Shown: in pieces, positions 63,253 to 64,000 of the stretch
Layout: each line of letters begins with the position of its first letter
Position numbering within the stretch: position 1 is the stretch's first letter
NCBI GenBank assembly: GCA_951406725.2
Contig: OX597822.1
Coordinates: 12,400,001 to 12,464,000 of the forward strand
DNA length: 64,000 nt
From: Octopus vulgaris
Lineage: Eukaryota
Reading direction: 5' to 3'
The notes under the pieces: generated by a model
Database searches by the model: none
What the model was told of the DNA's origin: nothing
Seen by the model: only the letters and a program-made list of their open reading frames with translations
Made by a program: the position numbers and the translations under genes

Positions 63253-63631
63253 CTGTGTCGTTGTTGATTTTTGCTATTATTGTTGCTTCTTAGTTTCAGA
63301 AAATTATTGTCGATCGTTTCTGCATTATTGATAATCAAGCTCTTCCGAAATAGGTCGTGTAATTGCTGCTTCGTAACGGTGTATATATGTGTGTATATGA
63401 GGAAGGCGAAGTGGGTGGCTCTACGTATGGAGCTGGGAGGGGTGTAAGGGTTATGAGACTGTTTATACATGTATGTATGTATTTATATGCATGCGTGCGT
63501 GTGTGGGGGTGGGGGCATGGGGAACATAATCCGGAGCTCGTATTAACGATTTGTTCTCAGCTGTTTCTTTGAATTAAAATCATACATAGGTTAACGGTTA
63601 AATTATGCCAAAACGTGTGGTATACAAGATG

Positions 63632-63765
<134 letters not shown>

Positions 63766-63935
63766 GTATATATGTAGATATATATATTTGCACGAACATG
63801 ATACAAATGTGCATATGTATATTAGCTAAGACACAAGCAAATGACAGCACACAATTTAATCAAAGACGTACTCATATGCATACATACAAAGATGGATACA
63901 TGTAAACGTATGTATGTATCTATGATACATATACG

Positions 63936-63982
<47 letters not shown>

Positions 63983-64000
63983 ATGTGTGTGTGTGTGCAT

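Overview
This is AT-rich, microsatellite-saturated eukaryotic DNA with no recognisable host protein-coding gene; nearly all ORFs in the track are translations of microsatellites. The SINE families, Dong/R4 LINEs and simple-repeat load look like an octopus (cephalopod) genome, which is an inference. The window holds decayed Penelope-like elements (PLEs; RT + GIY-YIG, Neptune-like), two long Dong/R4 LINE copies in (TAA)n plus an older fragment, and a Tx1/L1-like 3' end. It also holds three tRNA-derived SINE families, non-autonomous Helitrons, and mariner and Tc1 remnants. The main hidden signal is about 17 type I hammerhead-ribozyme motifs, read by eye on both strands. Most sit in short PLE-terminus-like units that end roughly 55-230 nt downstream in (TA)n. 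Several have recurrent non-canonical cores (CCGACGA, CUGUCGA, UUGAAAA, extra A after A9), several lie at fold-back inversion apexes, and some are fused head-to-tail to unrelated retroelement bodies. All folds are manual and untested.
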